This document shows positions 8,673 to 17,584 of a DNA stretch of 64,000 bases, one piece after another. Made by a program: the position numbers and the translations under genes. Positions within the stretch are counted from its first letter, which is position 1; each line of letters starts with the position of its first letter. Below the pieces are notes generated by a model. The model did not search any database and was not told the DNA's origin. It saw only the letters and a list, made by a program, of their open reading frames with translations. Origin of the DNA: Escherichia phage nieznany; the sequence record NC_052659.1; one strand, given 5' to 3'.

Positions 8673-9791
8673 ATTAGCGGTTATATTTTAATTAAACCTG
8701 AAGATCTTCATTTATATGTCAACGAAGAAACAATAGCTGCAATTGATTATGATCAGATCGCTTTCCAAGCAGCGTCTGCATTAGAGAAAAGAACAATCAT
8801 TGCGAAGCACATCCCTTCAGGTGCTCAAAAGGAATTTAAAAATAAGACAGAGTTTTGGGGTAAAAGCAAGACTAAAATTGGAGGTTGGCTAGGAGATACA
8901 AATGCAGAAAGAGCCTCCAAAAACAAACGTCCCTTCACAAAGGAAGAGTTCGAAATCATTGATAAGCAATACCCGCCAGAAGATATCGGACACACCTTCC
9001 AAGCAGCTAAAACAAAAGTCTTAGGTATTCTAAAACATCTACGTTTAGAAAAATATTGCGGAGTTATTGGCGTAGGAAAAACTTTCAGACACGCCTTCAA
9101 AATGCCTGTAGAATATAAATCTGAACGATTAGATATCAAACCACTTCAGCTTTCAGAAACCAAAGATTATCTTGTGGAGTTCCACAATGGTGATGTTGTT
9201 ACTGTAATAGAAGCTGATGATGAGTTAGAGAAGTATGGTTTCCAAGGTTATAAAGATTATAAAAGGACGGGTAAATTTTCTTATATCGTAGTATCTATAG
9301 ATAAAGATAGTTTACATACTCCTAGTATCCTTTTTAATTTCTACAAAGAGGATGGAGTATTTAAAAATCCAGATATAATTCTTATTGACGAGTCTATTGG
9401 CGATATATGGATCGTAGATAAAGGTAAAAAGAAAGAAGTTAAAGGTTGGGGCAGTTACTGGTTAGCATATCAGATGCTAATGGGAGATAAAACAGATAGT
9501 ATCCGACCTTATCAAGATTTTGATATTAAGTTCGGAGATATTACTTGTTTTAATCTTCTTTCAGCTTGTAAAACTCAAGCAGAACTTTTCCAAACAGTTA
9601 AAGATACTTACTACTCATGGTTCCCAGAGGGTGTTAATTTTACTTCTTGGGATGGAGAAGAAGTCCATATGACAACAGATGAATGGATAGAAACAATTTT
9701 CCAGTTGGTATACATGAAACGCTGGGATAATGACGATACAACATTTGAGAGTATGCTTCAGTCATACATCTCACAACAGGAGGCAGAGTGA
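8673..9791 (+). CDS. rnh: RNase H / 5'-3' exonuclease (FEN family, T4 rnh-like); start codon uncertain (no in-frame ATG/GTG/TTG between 8661 and 9101)
   Basis: IAAIDYDQIAF, IEADDEL, VVSIDKD, LMGDKTDSI match the FEN/T4 RNase H motifs recalled from memory; N-terminal catalytic region lies upstream of the first ATG (9102); ATT at 8673 after GGGGG is a candidate start. Confidence 0.55.
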   Translation: MSGYILIKPEDLHLYVNEETIAAIDYDQIAFQAASALEKRTIIAKHIPSGAQKEFKNKTEFWGKSKTKIGGWLGDTNAERASKNKRPFTKEEFEIIDKQYPPEDIGHTFQAAKTKVLGILKHLRLEKYCGVIGVGKTFRHAFKMPVEYKSERLDIKPLQLSETKDYLVEFHNGDVVTVIEADDELEKYGFQGYKDYKRTGKFSYIVVSIDKDSLHTPSILFNFYKEDGVFKNPDIILIDESIGDIWIVDKGKKKEVKGWGSYWLAYQMLMGDKTDSIRPYQDFDIKFGDITCFNLLSACKTQAELFQTVKDTYYSWFPEGVNFTSWDGEEVHMTTDEWIETIFQLVYMKRWDNDDTTFESMLQSYISQQEAE

Positions 9792-10747
9792 GCAGATTAA
9801 CAGAAGAGCAGAAAGCAGATATCCTTAGTATGAGTGCAGAGGGTATGTCTTCTCGTAATATTGCAGCAATTGTTTTAGGTAGTCCAACAAGAAAAAGCAC
9901 AGTGAACGATTTCCTTGCACGATTTGGAGCAAGTAAACAAGAGCCAGTTAAAAAGAAACAACCCGTTATTAAAATTATTGATGTTGAAACTGCACCAGAG
10001 ATTGCATATACTTTCCGTCGATTCAAAGCCTTCATTTCTCCAGATCAAGTAATTCGTAGGGGTTATTTGTTATCTTACTCTTCTGCTGACCTATATACTG
10101 GTGAAGTGGAAGGTAAGAACTTGTCTTCTTATCCTCTTTTTGATATTGATCATACAGATGATTGGGAGCTTTGCCAAGATCTTTGGAACCTTCTGAATGA
10201 GGCAGATGTAGTTGTGGCACACAACGGGTATAAGTTTGACCGTGCATACATTAACCAACGATTTGCATATCACGATATGGCTCCTCCTTCTAATTATGTA
10301 GTTGTTGATACATTGAAGGCAGCTAAGAAACAATTTGCACTTCCTTCCAACTCCCTTAAAGAAATGGGAGCATATTTCGAAACAGAAAGTGAAAAACTGG
10401 ATAACGAGGGGTTCCCTTTATGGAAAGCATGTTGTGAAGGTGATCGTGATGCTTTTGAACGTATGCAGATTTACAATGATGGTGATGTTGTTTCACTCCG
10501 TGATTTGTATATGAAAATCCTTCCGTGGATTCCACAGCATCCTAACTTATCCGCTTATTACCCAGATGAGAAGGTCCGTTGTTCTCGTTGTGGCAGTGAT
10601 CACGTTCACGTTGTTACTGGTAAACAATACCACACTGCGGTAAGTTCTTTCGATATCATTCGTTGTGAATCTTGCGGAGGTTTGTCACGTAGTAGAGCAA
10701 ACACCAGATCCAAGGATAAACGAGCAGCAACTATCATTGGAATCTAA
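9788..10747 (+). CDS. DnaQ-like (DEDD) 3'-5' exonuclease with N-terminal HTH-like region and C-terminal Cys4 cluster
   Basis: Exo motifs IIDVETA, VAHNGYKFD, YNDGD; CSRCG...CESCGG; GTG start overlapping rnh stop. Confidence 0.5.
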   Translation: MSRLTEEQKADILSMSAEGMSSRNIAAIVLGSPTRKSTVNDFLARFGASKQEPVKKKQPVIKIIDVETAPEIAYTFRRFKAFISPDQVIRRGYLLSYSSADLYTGEVEGKNLSSYPLFDIDHTDDWELCQDLWNLLNEADVVVAHNGYKFDRAYINQRFAYHDMAPPSNYVVVDTLKAAKKQFALPSNSLKEMGAYFETESEKLDNEGFPLWKACCEGDRDAFERMQIYNDGDVVSLRDLYMKILPWIPQHPNLSAYYPDEKVRCSRCGSDHVHVVTGKQYHTAVSSFDIIRCESCGGLSRSRANTRSKDKRAATIIGI

Positions 10748-10753
10748 TAATCA

Positions 10754-10806
10754 GGGAGCTTATTGCTCCCTTTTTTATTGACAAAAATTTGATATTAGTG
10801 TATACT
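10754..10806 (+). promoter_or_regulatory. terminator hairpin (GGGAGCTTATTGCTCCC + T6) immediately followed by promoter TTGACA-17-TATACT
   Basis: Seen in sequence. Confidence 0.5.
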
Positions 10807-10833
10807 CTGCTAACCACAATAAAAGGAGGAAAT

Positions 10834-11061
10834 ATGAGCATTACATTAACAGGTAACGAAATTTTCGAACTGTTTGAAATGTTAGGTTTGAACTATACCA
10901 TCAATAAAGATCCAGATCTTCTTGACGTTGAAATAACAATCCAAGAAGATACAGCAATTTATAATGACGATGGTGATATTATCTATCAAGGTAGGGTAGC
11001 TTATTATGCAGACTACCCAGAAGAAGGTGCAGTAGGAATTCAGGAGGAAAATTATGTCTAA
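10834..11061 (+). CDS. hypothetical protein
   Basis: AAAGGAGG then ATG 10834. Confidence 0.4.
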   Translation: MSITLTGNEIFELFEMLGLNYTINKDPDLLDVEITIQEDTAIYNDDGDIIYQGRVAYYADYPEEGAVGIQEENYV

Positions 11062-11455
11062 TGCTTTTGATAATCAGGTTGACGGTGATCACTACACAAA
11101 AATGGCAATGCAACCTATTGAACTAGCTTATTTGGTTGGTGGCACACCTTGTTTTTGCAAATTGGCAAAATATGCAACACGTATTAAAGGTGAACGTCAG
11201 ATTAACCTAGATAAAGCTATTCATTGTATTGAACTAGAAAGAACCCTTATGCAAAATAACACGTATATGGTTCGTGAAAATTATCCATCTATGACAAATG
11301 CAGCTAAACATGATCAAGCTATGCTTCTTATTGATTTCTTCACAAAAGATCCTTTAATACGAGTAGCACTGAAACACATGTATAACTCTTCTTATGTAGA
11401 TGCAATCGAAGCTATTAAACAACTTAAGGAACGTATTAGTGGCGAGCAATACTAA
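11054..11455 (+). CDS. hypothetical protein (DUF3310-like, tentative)
   Basis: GDHY...MQPIE motif resembles phage DUF3310 family from memory. Confidence 0.3.
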   Translation: MSNAFDNQVDGDHYTKMAMQPIELAYLVGGTPCFCKLAKYATRIKGERQINLDKAIHCIELERTLMQNNTYMVRENYPSMTNAAKHDQAMLLIDFFTKDPLIRVALKHMYNSSYVDAIEAIKQLKERISGEQY

Positions 11456-11543
11456 ACAATATGGAGCAGGAGAAGTTTATAAAATATTCAACCGAAAAGG
11501 TGATAAACTTTTACTAACTTTGACTATTCCAGAAACAATGTGC

Positions 11544-11572
11544 AAGGCGGGGTTAGACCGCCTTTTGTTTTT
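11544..11572 (+). terminator. intrinsic terminator-like hairpin AAGGCGGGGTTAGACCGCCTT + T-tract
   Basis: Seen in sequence. Confidence 0.5.
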
Positions 11573-11622
11573 TAAACATAATATCCCACCAGGGGAATAT
11601 ACAGCTAAAAAGGTGAGCAATA

Positions 11623-12198
11623 TTGGCAGGTGAACCAAAAATAATGTGGGGTGAAGGAACACCCTGGAAAACACAAGCTGAATTTTATACTTATCTTAGG
11701 GGATGTTTTAGAAAAGCATGGATGAGACACCCTAATAAAATTAAGGTTATCAATGCAAGGCGTTTTAAAGTTGATCGCGTAGATAAAGACGGCAATGTAA
11801 TGATAGACAAGAAAACTGGAAAACCAAAACAAGTTTGGAATTGTGAGTGCGAAATATGTGGACATAGAGGAGGAATGAAAGACTTCCAAGTGGATCATAT
11901 TCACGCAGCAAAACAACTTCAATGTTTTGAGGATATTCCCCTTTTTGTTTTCCGTTTAATCTATGTGAAAGAAGAAGATTTGCGCATGGTTTGTAAATTG
12001 TGCAACTCTATTCTTGCTTATGCAGATAAACAAGGTATATCTTTTGAAGAAGCGAAAGCTGAAAAAGAAGCAATAGCTTTGTGTAGAGCTAAGAAAGATA
12101 AAGCTTGGTTGAAGAAGCGTAAAATAGAACCTGAAAGCACAGTAGCGAAACGCCGCAAACAAATAGTCAAAATCCTATTGCAGGAAATTGAAAGTTAG
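11623..12198 (+). CDS. HNH-like nuclease domain protein
   Basis: CECEICGH...QVDHIH...KLCN pattern compatible with HNH/EndoVII zinc-binding nuclease. Confidence 0.35.
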   Translation: MAGEPKIMWGEGTPWKTQAEFYTYLRGCFRKAWMRHPNKIKVINARRFKVDRVDKDGNVMIDKKTGKPKQVWNCECEICGHRGGMKDFQVDHIHAAKQLQCFEDIPLFVFRLIYVKEEDLRMVCKLCNSILAYADKQGISFEEAKAEKEAIALCRAKKDKAWLKKRKIEPESTVAKRRKQIVKILLQEIES

Positions 12199-12234
12199 TA
12201 TAAGATAACTATACTAAAAGAGAGAGGAGGTTTT

Positions 12235-12843
12235 ATGCAGATAGTATGTGATTGGGATTTAGTTGTGGCTCCATTAGATGTTGCTTGGTTAGAATGGTTG
12301 AATAAGATTAGTGGACTTGGTGTTAAGATAGACACATTCACAAAAAATGCAGACTATGATCTTACCAACTACTTTCCTGGTTTCAGGGAGGAGTTCAATA
12401 TAGATCCTTACGGATTTCTGGATAATCCTCATCTCTATGATACAATGGGTTTTGTTCCAGGTATGCCAGATTTCTTAAAGTATGTTTCAAGGAAAGGTAG
12501 CAATCTTTTGATCGCAAGTGTGACAAAAGGTGGTCACTTAAGTTCTAAACATAAGCATGTTTTAAGAACATTAGATACGATTGATTTTAGCAAAGGATCT
12601 GGTAACGGCTTTTTTGCTACGAAAGAAAAATACTTATTGCCTTGTGATATAGCAATAGATGACAGGGCTGATAACCTACTATATTTTCCAGATGAAGTGG
12701 TTAAAATATATTTTAATACGCCTTATAAAGATAACCATCTAGAAGAACTAAAGAAAAAACCAAATGTTGTGATCACAGGTTTAGAAGATCAGTGGCTAAC
12801 ATGTTTGGATGTTTTTAACACTTTGAACAATTTTAAAAACTAA
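12235..12843 (+). CDS. HAD-family 5'(3')-deoxyribonucleotidase-like protein
   Basis: N-terminal CDWDLVV (DxD) and IAIDDRADN resembling NT5C-type nucleotidases. Confidence 0.4.
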   Translation: MQIVCDWDLVVAPLDVAWLEWLNKISGLGVKIDTFTKNADYDLTNYFPGFREEFNIDPYGFLDNPHLYDTMGFVPGMPDFLKYVSRKGSNLLIASVTKGGHLSSKHKHVLRTLDTIDFSKGSGNGFFATKEKYLLPCDIAIDDRADNLLYFPDEVVKIYFNTPYKDNHLEELKKKPNVVITGLEDQWLTCLDVFNTLNNFKN

Positions 12844-12852
12844 GGAGAAAAA

Positions 12853-13851
12853 ATGACAAAACAGATTTCGGCTAGTATTATTGCGCATTCCATCACTGAA
12901 GACGGAAAAGAGATTGTAACTTTTGAACTAGAATATCCACGTATTATTCATTCAGAATTGATGACTCACCGCCTGTTCAGTCGTAATGCTGCTTCTAGCC
13001 GTGCTATACCTGTTAAAACACTGATTGAAATGGTGCGAAATCAACCTGCTCGTCCTTATCGTTTTGGGGCTAACCAACCTGGTATGCAGGATAAAGGTGT
13101 TGATCATGACGCTCTTATTGATGCAGGTTATACTGCTCAAGAGTGGTGGGATCTTGCCGCGCTTAGTGCAGCACGTTTTGCAGAAGAATTCTCTTTGGCA
13201 GGGTACCACAAACAAGTTGCAAACCGTCTTCTGGAACCTTTCCAACGAATTAAAACAGTTCTGACAGCAACAGAATATGAAAATTTCTGGTGGCTACGTG
13301 ATGACAAAGAAGCCGATCCTACTATCGAAGCTTTGGCTAAAGAGATGCACAAAGAGTATGAAGGATCTACACCAGAAGTGCTGAAACCAGGGCAATGGCA
13401 CACACCTTATGTAGACCATTTCTATGATACTATTGGCACAGAAGGTGACGATCATTTTGTTTTTGGTGGATACTACGTTCAAGATGAATCTGGAGAAGTC
13501 GTTGTGCTTACTTTGGAAGAAGCCAAAGCTATTTCAGCTTCGTGTTGTGCACAGGTTAGCTATCGTCGTTTAAATGCAACTAAAGATAAAGCTTTAGATA
13601 TCTATGGTCGCTTGCTGACTGGGCGCAAGGTTCATGCTTCTCCGTTTGAACATCAAGCCACTCCAATGCAAGAAACATGCGAACAATATGGAGAGAACTG
13701 TTTTGAAGATTTGTTTATCAATGCTCCTTGGGATTTTAACTCTTGGGAACCAGGTATTACCCATGTAGATCGTAATGGTAAGTTTTGGTCTGGCAATTTC
13801 AAAGGCTGGATTCAACATCGTCAACTTTTAACAAATCATACTAAATGGTGA
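12853..13851 (+). CDS. thyX: flavin-dependent thymidylate synthase ThyX
   Basis: ThyX-type signature HRLFSRNAASSRA (RHR-x7-S-like); 332 aa. Confidence 0.7.
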   Translation: MTKQISASIIAHSITEDGKEIVTFELEYPRIIHSELMTHRLFSRNAASSRAIPVKTLIEMVRNQPARPYRFGANQPGMQDKGVDHDALIDAGYTAQEWWDLAALSAARFAEEFSLAGYHKQVANRLLEPFQRIKTVLTATEYENFWWLRDDKEADPTIEALAKEMHKEYEGSTPEVLKPGQWHTPYVDHFYDTIGTEGDDHFVFGGYYVQDESGEVVVLTLEEAKAISASCCAQVSYRRLNATKDKALDIYGRLLTGRKVHASPFEHQATPMQETCEQYGENCFEDLFINAPWDFNSWEPGITHVDRNGKFWSGNFKGWIQHRQLLTNHTKW

Positions 13852-13865
13852 TCTGTTTAAATAGT

Positions 13866-13940
13866 TATTGACTTTAGTATTAGTTTTAGTATAATATAGC
13901 ACAATACTGGGAGGAGGTGAGTCCTCCCATTCAAAATGAA
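13866..13940 (+). promoter_or_regulatory. promoter TTGACT..TAATAT followed by 5' stem-loop GGGAGGA..TCCTCCC
   Basis: Seen in sequence. Confidence 0.4.
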
Positions 13941-13949
13941 GGAGAAAAT

Positions 13950-14360
13950 ATGTCATTAGTAAATACTACAACTTGGGCTACCGTAAGCATGTCTACTGTA
14001 ATGTCTACCCCTATCTGGAAACTAGAATCAAATAAACACAATGGCAATATCCCACACGAGAAACAAAATGCTGTTATTAGAGCGTCGCTTGTAATGCTGG
14101 GTATGGCTGAAGATTCACACTATTCTGTTGAGCGTAATGTGAATATCAGAAGCAATAACGATAAGCGAGTAGTGTTTGCAAATACAACGCTTTTCACTTT
14201 CCCTGTTTCACCTAATTGTGGTTTTAAACGAATCTATCAAGAAAATGATATTTTTCATTTTGGTGATGAAGAATTTACAGGTTGGGGTGCGTCACATATT
14301 AAGATGGATGATTTCGGTAACTCTTATGATCCTGCGAAAGCAGATGATACTAATCAATGA
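13950..14360 (+). CDS. hypothetical protein
   Basis: AAGGAG then ATG 13950. Confidence 0.45.
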   Translation: MSLVNTTTWATVSMSTVMSTPIWKLESNKHNGNIPHEKQNAVIRASLVMLGMAEDSHYSVERNVNIRSNNDKRVVFANTTLFTFPVSPNCGFKRIYQENDIFHFGDEEFTGWGASHIKMDDFGNSYDPAKADDTNQ

Positions 14361-14611
14361 GAGGGACAATGACTGATAATAAATATGAAGGCTGTGAAAT
14401 CGAAGTCTATTTTGATGAAACTGTTGGTTGTAATGTAACTGTAATTCTAGACACTTCAAAACGTTTATCTCCTAAAAGACAAGAAGCAGACCGTCGAGCA
14501 AAAGCAAAAGGGTTTGATGACATAACTCATTTTGAAGGTTTTCTATATGCTAATGGACTTTTTAATGAAATGAAGTTCGGTTATGATGTAGATGTTTTGA
14601 ATATGCATTAA
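14357..14611 (+). CDS. hypothetical protein
   Basis: 84 aa ORF, ATGA overlap. Confidence 0.4.
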   Translation: MRGTMTDNKYEGCEIEVYFDETVGCNVTVILDTSKRLSPKRQEADRRAKAKGFDDITHFEGFLYANGLFNEMKFGYDVDVLNMH

Positions 14612-14627
14612 TAATAGGGAGGAGAAG

Positions 14628-16871
14628 TTGATTCGTTTTGTAACTAAATCTAATGGTAAGACAGAGGAGTTTAATCCAGAAAAACTTCGCAAGTGGTCTG
14701 AATTTGCAGCAGGTAAACTAAACTGGTCTGAAATTGAATTAGAAGCTGTGAAGCGGTGTTATGACGGTGTGTCTACACGTGATCTGCATAAAGCAATGAT
14801 TGCAGCGTGTATTGACAAGAAAACACAAGCTTATAGTGATATGGCAGGAAGACTTCTTCTGGGTATGATTTACAAACAGGCTCATGGGGGATACCACAGT
14901 ATCCCTTCACTGAATACCTTTTATCATGATATGGTAGAACGTGGACATTGGGCTAAAATGGATTATACTGATGAAGAGATCAAAGAAATCGGTAAGATTG
15001 TAAAGCATAATAAAAATCTAACTTATGGTTATTCTGTTTTACGTCAGATGGTAGATAAATATCTTATTCGAGATGCAGTAAACGATGTGGTGCATGAGTC
15101 TCCACAATTTCTTTTCATTGGTATCGCAATGAAGGTTATGGAGATCCAACCAAAAGAACGCCGTATAGAAGATATTAAAAAACTTTATACTTATGTTAGC
15201 GATCTTAAGATTAATCTGCCATCGCCGTATCTGACAACTCTACGAACTCCAATCAAAGGAAGTGCGTCTTGTTGTTTATTCCGTGCAGACGATACGGCAG
15301 AGTCTTTAGCCATTGCTAATTACTTAGCTCATGAGTATACGTTGAATAACGCAGGTATTGGTGTTAATCTTCAAACTCGTGCCACAGGTCAAGGTGTTAA
15401 GAATAATCGTATTATTCATGGTGGTCTTCTTCCGTATCTGAAATGGATGGAAGATAGTGTTGGAGCTTCGAAGCAAGCAAGCCGTGGAGGTAGTGCTACA
15501 GTTACCTTCACCATACTTGAACCAGACTTCGACGATCTGATTCGACTGAAGAATCCAACAACACCTATAGATAAACGAGTAGACAAACTGGATTATTCTA
15601 TTGTTGTTAACCGTTCGTTCTTGCGTCGAGCAGCAAAAAACGAAGATTGGATGTTAGTTAGTTGTGATGATGCTCCTGAACTTTATGAAGCTTTGTATAA
15701 AAGTGAAGAAGAGTTTGATGCAGTTTATGACAAAGTAAGCCGTCGTCGCATTAAGAAAAAATTTGTTAAGGCTCGTGATCTTCTGACAGAGATTATTGTT
15801 CAACGTGCAGAAACAGGACGTATTTACATGTTCTTTGCTGACAACGTTAACAACCATACACCTTTCTTGGATACGGTGTATCAATCAAACCTGTGTCAAG
15901 AGATCTTCTTACCAACTAAAGCTTTCCACAGTATGCCGGATCTCTTTACTGGTGAGAATACAGAAGATCAAGAATTGGCTTTATGCTTCTTATCTTCTAT
16001 TGTTGCTGGTCGTGTCTTACCTGAAGAATATGAGGATGTTGCATACTACACTGTATTGACAATTGACAACGTTATTGAAACAATGGATTATCCATTTAAA
16101 CATAACGAAATAACTGCTAAAGCACGTAGATCTATTGGTGTAGGTATTACAAACTTAGCGCATTATTTGGCAAGTAATTTTGTAAATTATTCAGATGCTT
16201 ATGCTAAAAAATTAATGCATGAACTTGCAGAACGTCATTACTTTTGGTTGGCAAAAGCCTCTCTGCGTCTGGCTAAGGAAAAAGGTAATGCGGAATGGAT
16301 CGATAAGACCAAATGGCCTCAAGGTTGGCTACCAATTGACACTTATGCTAAAACAGTAGATAGTATCGGTAATTTTGATCTTAAAATGGACTGGGAAGGC
16401 TTACGTGCTGAAATCATTGAACAAGGTGGTATCCGTAACAGTGTCTTGGCTGCTATTGCACCTAATGAGTCCAGCAGTTTGGTAAGCAATACTACTAACT
16501 CTCTGTACCCTGTTCGTGATACTATTATGTATAAACAAAGTCAGAAAGGTAGCGTATTATTTATTGTTCCAGACTACGAAAAACTGAAAATGTTTTACCA
16601 GTCTGCCTGGGATACTCCGGCTAAAGATCTTGCAGAAATGTATGGTATCTTTACCAAATTCACGGACCAAGGAATTTCTTGTGATTCTTGGCTAGATTAT
16701 TCTAAATTGGTAGGTGGACGTTTATCAGTGAAAGCTGAGATGCAGTTTATTCTGAATTTTGCTAGATTGGGTGGCAAGTCGTTGTATTACCTTAATAGTA
16801 GAACAAAATCAGCAGATTCTTTAGCACAAGAAGATTCTGAAGACGAAGGGTGTAGTGCCTGTAAAATGTAG
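14628..16871 (+). CDS. nrdA: ribonucleoside-diphosphate reductase large subunit (class Ia NrdA), TTG start
   Basis: 747 aa; N-terminal ATP-cone-like region and overall NrdA architecture; GGGAGGAG RBS. Confidence 0.9.
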   Translation: MIRFVTKSNGKTEEFNPEKLRKWSEFAAGKLNWSEIELEAVKRCYDGVSTRDLHKAMIAACIDKKTQAYSDMAGRLLLGMIYKQAHGGYHSIPSLNTFYHDMVERGHWAKMDYTDEEIKEIGKIVKHNKNLTYGYSVLRQMVDKYLIRDAVNDVVHESPQFLFIGIAMKVMEIQPKERRIEDIKKLYTYVSDLKINLPSPYLTTLRTPIKGSASCCLFRADDTAESLAIANYLAHEYTLNNAGIGVNLQTRATGQGVKNNRIIHGGLLPYLKWMEDSVGASKQASRGGSATVTFTILEPDFDDLIRLKNPTTPIDKRVDKLDYSIVVNRSFLRRAAKNEDWMLVSCDDAPELYEALYKSEEEFDAVYDKVSRRRIKKKFVKARDLLTEIIVQRAETGRIYMFFADNVNNHTPFLDTVYQSNLCQEIFLPTKAFHSMPDLFTGENTEDQELALCFLSSIVAGRVLPEEYEDVAYYTVLTIDNVIETMDYPFKHNEITAKARRSIGVGITNLAHYLASNFVNYSDAYAKKLMHELAERHYFWLAKASLRLAKEKGNAEWIDKTKWPQGWLPIDTYAKTVDSIGNFDLKMDWEGLRAEIIEQGGIRNSVLAAIAPNESSSLVSNTTNSLYPVRDTIMYKQSQKGSVLFIVPDYEKLKMFYQSAWDTPAKDLAEMYGIFTKFTDQGISCDSWLDYSKLVGGRLSVKAEMQFILNFARLGGKSLYYLNSRTKSADSLAQEDSEDEGCSACKM

Positions 16872-16882
16872 TAGGAGAACAG

Positions 16883-17539
16883 ATGAAGAAGGGTAAACGT
16901 AAAGTTACCGTTCTCACAGAGAGGGGAGAAATCCCCTTGATTGTGGATGTTGAACGTAGATTGTGGGAAGGTGGTGTTATCAATGGAAAAAGGGTTAATA
17001 CATTCATAGATCCTTCCTATGCAGCTTGGAAAGGCATGTTTAATCGTGCATATCGTATGGAAAACATTAGACCAGGTTATAAAGATGTTACCGTGTGTGA
17101 TGCTTGGTTCACCTTTTCAAACTTTGATAACTGGTATCAAGAACATAACGTGGAAGGCTTTGTTTTAGATAAAGATCTTGTTCTTGAAGGAAATACTGTT
17201 TACTGTCCTGAATATTGTAGGTTTGTTCCTCCTTACATAAATACACTTTTAAGTTATGCTAAGAGGTATGAAAGAAAATACTTACTAGGAGCACATGTTA
17301 GGAAAGATGGTAAGATTTATGCCAAAGCTTCTGGGAGCAAAGGTAAGCATTTAGGTTACTTCGCTACAGAGGAAGAGGCACACTTCGCTTGGCTAAAGGA
17401 TAAAGCTAAGTCAATCAGGGAAACAGCGGATCGTTACAAAGAGGAAGAACATTTTTATCAAGAGGTGTACAACACTCTTGTAAACAAGGCGGATTTCTAT
17501 TGGCATCTGGCTGAAACAAAAACAGTGTTTCGAGGCTAA
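16883..17539 (+). CDS. homing endonuclease-like protein inserted between nrdA and nrdB (AP2-like domain)
   Basis: Paralog of 1590..2261; position equals that of mobE in T4 (established knowledge). Confidence 0.55.
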   Translation: MKKGKRKVTVLTERGEIPLIVDVERRLWEGGVINGKRVNTFIDPSYAAWKGMFNRAYRMENIRPGYKDVTVCDAWFTFSNFDNWYQEHNVEGFVLDKDLVLEGNTVYCPEYCRFVPPYINTLLSYAKRYERKYLLGAHVRKDGKIYAKASGSKGKHLGYFATEEEAHFAWLKDKAKSIRETADRYKEEEHFYQEVYNTLVNKADFYWHLAETKTVFRG

Positions 17540-17545
17540 ATATAA

Positions 17546-17567
17546 AGGGGCTTCGGCCCCCTTTTTT
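17546..17567 (+). terminator. UUCG-tetraloop hairpin GGGGCTTCGGCCCC + T6
   Basis: Seen in sequence. Confidence 0.55.
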
Positions 17568-17584
17568 ATCGAGGAGAATTTTAA

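Noticed and set aside
8451-9791. Stop-codon readthrough fusing the signal-peptide ORF (8451..8660) to the RNase H frame
   Set aside because: A secretion signal on RNase H is implausible, and alignment to T4 RNase H (from memory) puts the native N-terminus near 8673-8690; the shared frame is more likely coincidence combined with a non-canonical start.
13025-13482. Several ORFs (13025..13264 plus, and minus-strand 12952..13245, 13137..13403, 13294..13482)
   Set aside because: All overlap the ThyX coding sequence, which has clear family motifs; treated as spurious.
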